The notes beneath the pieces are model-generated. The model worked only from the letters and a program-made list of their open reading frames with translations. It ran no database searches and was not told where the DNA came from. This document shows, one piece after another, positions 63,875-64,000 of a DNA stretch of 64,000 nucleotides (the first letter of the stretch is position 1; every line of letters begins with the position of its first letter). The position numbers were made by a program, and so were the translations under genes. Source of the DNA: Bdellovibrionales bacterium (GTDB taxonomy: Bacteria > Bdellovibrionota > Bdellovibrionia > Bdellovibrionales > JAUICD01); the NCBI GenBank assembly GCA_965203875.1, contig OZ241914.1, forward strand, positions 333,209 to 397,208, written 5' to 3'.

Positions 63875-64000
63875 TTGGAAAGAAAAGAATCAGTATTAAA
63901 AAATGTAGCGTTACCTCATAGCTTGGAGGCTGAAAGATCCTTAATAGGGGCTGTGATGATATCTACCGATGTTATGGATGACTTGGACCAGGTTATTAGC
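63875..64000 (+). CDS. dnaB: Replicative DNA helicase DnaB, N-terminal 42 codons (runs off window end)
   Basis: TTG start 6 nt after GAGG. LERKESVLKNVALPHSLEAERSLIGAVMISTDVMDDL matches the DnaB N-terminal PHS.EAE.S.LG motif. The rplI-dnaB synteny is common. Confidence 0.8.
   Translation, partial: MERKESVLKNVALPHSLEAERSLIGAVMISTDVMDDLDQVIS

Noticed and set aside
1-64000. Mobile genetic element, prophage or defence island with recognisable enzymes (transposase, integrase, restriction or toxin domains)
   Set aside because: No ORF shows transposase, integrase, recombinase, nuclease or phage-structural motifs that I can recognise. The accessory patches contain only surface proteins, one ATPase-wHTH gene and unknown secreted proteins.

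Overview
AT-rich chromosomal window from a diderm (Gram-negative) bacterium. Gene content (tandem DUF507 pair, sigma-54 enhancer-binding protein, MlaEFD, BamA-TamB, GspK-like pseudopilin) suggests a Bdellovibrionota/Oligoflexia-like or other delta-type lineage, but I cannot confirm this without a database search. About 60 CDS are supportable. Most are core housekeeping: prfB (split by its programmed +1 frameshift, absent from the ORF track), mlaEFD, lgt x2-lspA-ileS, aceE-like E1, pyrG, engB, recA/recX/alaS, recG, sucAB-lpdA, bamA-tamB, efp, yebC-ruvCAB, rplI and the dnaB start. I found no rRNA, tRNA, CRISPR, transposase or integrase. The signals worth a second look sit in three accessory patches. 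(1) About 28.9-37.2 kb is a surface-protein locus. It holds two paralogous lipoproteins, one of which carries a G15 tract inside its promoter spacer, so it is a candidate phase switch. It also holds four small beta-barrel OMP genes, including a tandem pair with near-identical ends and divergent predicted loops. (2) At 39.5-40.9 kb an array of about 14 phased 10-bp repeats lies directly upstream of an ORC/Cdc6-like P-loop ATPase with a C-terminal wHTH. (3) At 60.2-63.0 kb there is a trio of secreted paralogs of unknown function. In addition, a roughly 110-nt nested-hairpin extragenic repeat family occurs in at least four full copies plus fragments. Stem positions covary between copies, and three solitary copies abut the stop codon of a same-strand gene. 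All functional calls rest on motif recognition by eye, and no searches were run.
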